A stretch of 64,000 nucleotides of DNA, from assembly GCA_963811165.1 (NCBI GenBank), contig CAWEQH010000001.1, forward strand, positions 160,001-224,000, in the 5' to 3' direction. Shown here piece by piece: positions 60,644 to 64,000 of the stretch. The notes beneath the pieces were generated by a model. It did no database searches and was not told the origin of the DNA. It worked only from the letters and a program-made list of their open reading frames with translations. A program made the position numbers and the translations under genes. This DNA comes from an uncultured Nitrospiraceae bacterium (GTDB lineage Bacteria; Nitrospirota; Thermodesulfovibrionia; Thermodesulfovibrionales; UBA6898). Every line of letters begins with the position of its first letter. The first letter of the stretch is position 1.

Positions 60644-61915
60644 TCAGGACCCACTACCATTTTTTGTCTGTTCCCCATTTTCTTCTGGAGGATTTGCACT
60701 GTGGAAACTGCGATAAAGCAGCAGGTCGTAAATAATCTTGAGGGCGCCTGAGAGAAAAAAAGGCAGACTCAAAAGCGAAGGCTGCGCAAGGAGCGGACCG
60801 GTGATTACCGGTGACAATGATGCGCCGGTCGTCCGGGCAATGCCGGTGATGCCTGCCGCCGCCGAACGCTCATCAGGACTAACGACCGCCATTGTATAGG
60901 ATTGGCGGGTAGGCACGTCCATCTGGGATATGCTGAACCGAAGAAGGAGCAGGATGATCGCAAGCGTCAGGTTCGGCATAAGAGGGACAAGCATCAGTAA
61001 TATGTTCGAAGGTATGTGCGTATAAACCATCGTCCTTACCAAGCCTATTTTTGATGCGACCCGCGCAGCAGTGAGGGAGGAAAGTCCCGCGAGGATGTTG
61101 GCTCCAAAAAAAATAGCCCCGAGTGCGGCCGGTTGTACCTGGAAGCGGACATAGAACCAATAGGCAACAATACTTTGCAGTACGAACCCGCCTGCGAAGG
61201 CATCTAACGAAAATAACGCAGATAACTTAAAGACAATGCGCCTTGACTTGTGGAGGCCGAGAAAGCGCCCTTGCCTCTCCGGCAATCCGGAATCCCACTG
61301 CGGAGACGGAGCCTCTATACGACGCGAAAGGCGGGTGAACAGGATCCCGAGCATAACTCCCCCCGCTGCGTATGAAACGATGATGACGCGATAGCTTCCA
61401 AGCGGGGCCATCCCCAGTTCCTGCAACAATTGTGTCAGTCCCCCCCCGAACAAAGAGCCCAGGGCAGTGGCAAAAGAGCCGAGCAGATTGTACCAGGCAA
61501 ACACCTGTGTGCGCTGCTCGTTCGGAACGACCTGAGACAGTGCGGCCTGCTCGATTGACAGAAAAGGGCCGACTTCATAACCGCTCGGGCTGATGACCCC
61601 GACAGTGGCGGCAATCAGGAGAAGAAGGAAATTGTCCGTGACCGCAAACAATGCCCCCGCAAAGACCATTAGGAGCGAGCCGACAATAAGCATGCGCCTT
61701 CTGCCTGCTCGGTCCGCGGCCGTGGTAAGCCAAAGAGAAATAGCGGTATCACCGATGAGCGTCAGGGTAAAGAGCAGGCCGATCTGTTTTTCAGTAAGAC
61801 CGAGCTGGGCAAGATAGATCATCAGCACCACGGACACGAATCCATACGCAAACAAACGGAAGCCCCTGGTTGCAAAGAGGAGACGTCTATCCCGGCCCAT
61901 AGACAGGGGTTTCAA
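60644..61915 (-). CDS. MFS transporter
   Basis: ~12 TM, ADRAGRR motif A, QMDVPTRQSY. Confidence 0.9.
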   Translation of the reverse strand: MKPLSMGRDRRLLFATRGFRLFAYGFVSVVLMIYLAQLGLTEKQIGLLFTLTLIGDTAISLWLTTAADRAGRRRMLIVGSLLMVFAGALFAVTDNFLLLLIAATVGVISPSGYEVGPFLSIEQAALSQVVPNEQRTQVFAWYNLLGSFATALGSLFGGGLTQLLQELGMAPLGSYRVIIVSYAAGGVMLGILFTRLSRRIEAPSPQWDSGLPERQGRFLGLHKSRRIVFKLSALFSLDAFAGGFVLQSIVAYWFYVRFQVQPAALGAIFFGANILAGLSSLTAARVASKIGLVRTMVYTHIPSNILLMLVPLMPNLTLAIILLLLRFSISQMDVPTRQSYTMAVVSPDERSAAAGITGIARTTGASLSPVITGPLLAQPSLLSLPFFLSGALKIIYDLLLYRSFHSANPPEENGEQTKNGSGS

Positions 61916-61939
61916 TGGGGAATTCGAAGGGTCGAAGTA

Positions 61940-62401
61940 CTATCTGGCGCCGGCATCGGGCTTGCCCTGTTTCACTCTTTCTTGGCAGTACGCATAGAGT
62001 GCATCGTAGACGATCCCTTCTGCCGCGTTGATTTCGTGGTCGTCCCTTAAGCCAAGATGACGAAACCCCTCGGCAATCGCCTTTAGTCCAGGACCTTCGG
62101 GCTGATTGTAAAGGGTGTTGTCCGTATCTGCCCCGTTTACGATCCTGGCGAGCAACTCGATCGCGGGATCGGCGGCCAGATTATACTTTTTCACTATCGC
62201 ATCAAAAGAACACTCTTTACCATGATGCCCCAGCTCTACCTCCGGGAAATCGAATGGGGTTGCACCCAGACGGTCGGCTTCCCGCATCACTTTATCGGCA
62301 GGAACAAAATAAAATTCGGCGTCTTTGTCGATGAACTTCCTGATAAGCCAGGGACAGGCGACGCGGTCCACCTTGACATGCTCACGAGTGATCCATTTCA
62401 T
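61940..62401 (-). CDS. Chromate-resistance ChrB-C domain protein
   Basis: MKWITRE..KVDR.ACPWLI.KFID, H....CSFDA. Confidence 0.85.
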   Translation of the reverse strand: MKWITREHVKVDRVACPWLIRKFIDKDAEFYFVPADKVMREADRLGATPFDFPEVELGHHGKECSFDAIVKKYNLAADPAIELLARIVNGADTDNTLYNQPEGPGLKAIAEGFRHLGLRDDHEINAAEGIVYDALYAYCQERVKQGKPDAGAR

Positions 62402-62519
62402 TTTACTATCTCCTGAAAGGTTCGGATGATTTGATCATTTTGTTTTTATTTCACCCTATAACCATTCAGGGCGACTGTCAAGCTTCGATAATTTAAAGGA
62501 ATAACTATGGATTAACGTG

Positions 62520-63197
62520 TCAGCGTTTCTTTCTCGGGGGGACAGAAAGCCCGGCCCTGTTTGCGCCGTGCAGGCCAGCAAGGCTGGAGCGTTCATCAAC
62601 CGGAGATAGATGTGCGATCATAGGTCTTGTGAGGATAGAGACCCTGCGGATCTCGTCCAGCCGCTGAGAGATGAGATCCATCGTCTCATCGCATGTGGTC
62701 CACTGGTGGCGGTCGAATGCTCTTAGATCGAGGGGGAGGGTATAACCTCGAAGGGTCTTCTCGCGGTGCAGGTTATAGTAATGCTCGAAGTACGACATTA
62801 TCAATTCCCGGAGGTCCCGGTACACAGGCTCACGAAACCGAAGGCCCGCAAAATTGGATTTGGCTACCGCACCCCAATGTCCGTCCCGCCGGAATAAGGC
62901 CAGCACATGGTCATCATCGCGTTTGTTCGGTAACAGATCAAGGACCAAAGCGGGATATCCCAGCCGCTTCAGCATCGCCGCCCCGAACACTGCGCCGTCG
63001 AAACACTGGCAGGTTCGCTCGCGAAGTACTCTCAGGGGCGCACGATATATCGTTTCAGTGCCGTAGGCGAGGGCATCGAGAAACAGCTGGATCTTGAAAG
63101 GCGTGTTCATACGGCTAACGACGCCCCGCTCAACCCCTGTCAGGGCCTGATCAAAACACTCAGTCGCCGACATATCTTTTTTCTTCCTGCCAGCCAT
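62520..63197 (-). CDS. Transglutaminase-fold (vasohibin-like) cysteine protease homolog
   Basis: QCFDGA, DDDHVLA, WGAVAKSN, L.FREPVYRDLRELI. Confidence 0.6.
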   Translation of the reverse strand: MAGRKKKDMSATECFDQALTGVERGVVSRMNTPFKIQLFLDALAYGTETIYRAPLRVLRERTCQCFDGAVFGAAMLKRLGYPALVLDLLPNKRDDDHVLALFRRDGHWGAVAKSNFAGLRFREPVYRDLRELIMSYFEHYYNLHREKTLRGYTLPLDLRAFDRHQWTTCDETMDLISQRLDEIRRVSILTRPMIAHLSPVDERSSLAGLHGANRAGLSVPPRKKR

Positions 63198-63360
63198 GTT
63201 TGGTGATTGTATACGGCAACTGATTTGCTGTCAACTCAAGGCGGCTTAAGCCTGTAAGACTTGACTTGAGATTTCAGCGTTATCCGGGGACATTTCTCCT
63301 TGCCGATTATAGCTTCCCGACTCGAAGGCGGAAAAGGCCGGGTCCCTCAGCCTTCCACGT

Positions 63361-63933
63361 TCACGCTTCAGTGCTTACCGCCTCTTTCAGCATCGCCTTG
63401 ACAGTCTCGAATTCAGACTCGTTTATATCGAAGCTGTCCTGCCTTCTTTCGCCTTCAAGGATCGCCAGGACCTTATCGAGATGAGTTCTGTCACCGATCG
63501 TATCTGCATACCCCTGTACTGTAGCGGCCAGATAGTTCGTTGCGTTTCTTATGTCCTCGGCGGCCTCGTCGATCTTGCCCATTTCCAGATAGGAGGCCCC
63601 TCTTGCAAAGAGAGAGGCCCCATCGTCGGGTTTCAACTCTATGGCCTTCGAAAAGTCCTCTACCGCCTTGCTATAGTCCTTCTTCTGGGCATGAGACATC
63701 CCTCGGTAGTAGTAAGCACGCGGGCCCTTATCATCCAAAGCGATAACACTACTGAAGTCGGCAATTGCCTTGTCGGCTTCCCGTAACTTAAGATACGCCG
63801 CCCCACGGCTCAGGTAGGAGATTCTCCGATCGTAGCCCGCATCGGCGGCTTTTGTGAACGCCTCTGCGCTTTCTCTCAATTTTCCTTCTACAAAGACGCG
63901 TTTTGCATCCTCAAACAACTCGTTCGCTATCAT
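63361..63933 (-). CDS. TPR repeat protein
   Basis: Three TPR units (SRGAAY, YRGMSH, ARGASY); GGAG RBS before ATG 63933. Confidence 0.85.
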   Translation of the reverse strand: MIANELFEDAKRVFVEGKLRESAEAFTKAADAGYDRRISYLSRGAAYLKLREADKAIADFSSVIALDDKGPRAYYYRGMSHAQKKDYSKAVEDFSKAIELKPDDGASLFARGASYLEMGKIDEAAEDIRNATNYLAATVQGYADTIGDRTHLDKVLAILEGERRQDSFDINESEFETVKAMLKEAVSTEA

Positions 63934-64000
63934 TTCTTTTCTCCCTTTCTCTATACGACTCATTTTGCCTGTCTAATTATAAGACGCCAACGCCCATTAC

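Overview
Origin-proximal 64 kb of a Gram-negative (Kdo/LPS-making) bacterial chromosome. 16S loops and gene content suggest Nitrospirota, probably Thermodesulfovibrionia; this is an inference. From left to right: the gyrB start, dnaN and dnaA; a probable oriC with non-canonical DnaA boxes and DnaA-trios; kdsC-pgsA-plsY-TPR-DUF4388; queC-selA-(two-CW)-selB; parS-parA-parB; namZ with a MurU-AmgK fusion; kdsB-pyrG-kdsA-kdsD; GTP-PEPCK with a tandem kinase-like gene; trpS, serS, nagA, birA, coaX, galT-like, usp, JAB, tonB, trpC and murJ; a 16S-23S rRNA operon with no ITS tRNA, no downstream 5S and an expanded 23S helix; and an RpoD-like sigma factor. The last ~14 kb are accessory genes: Zn-finger/HEAT, YkgJ, a ThDP enzyme with a GT-A-fold protein, two stand-alone HsdR_N-like genes, an FNR-box ferredoxin, ChrB-like with an MFS, and a vasohibin-like protease. 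Several essential genes (dnaA, dnaN, pyrG, kdsB, murJ) and others (pckG, the sigma factor, LysM) are broken by 1-2 nt indels, most likely long-read consensus errors. No CRISPR array, tRNA, transposase or prophage was seen.
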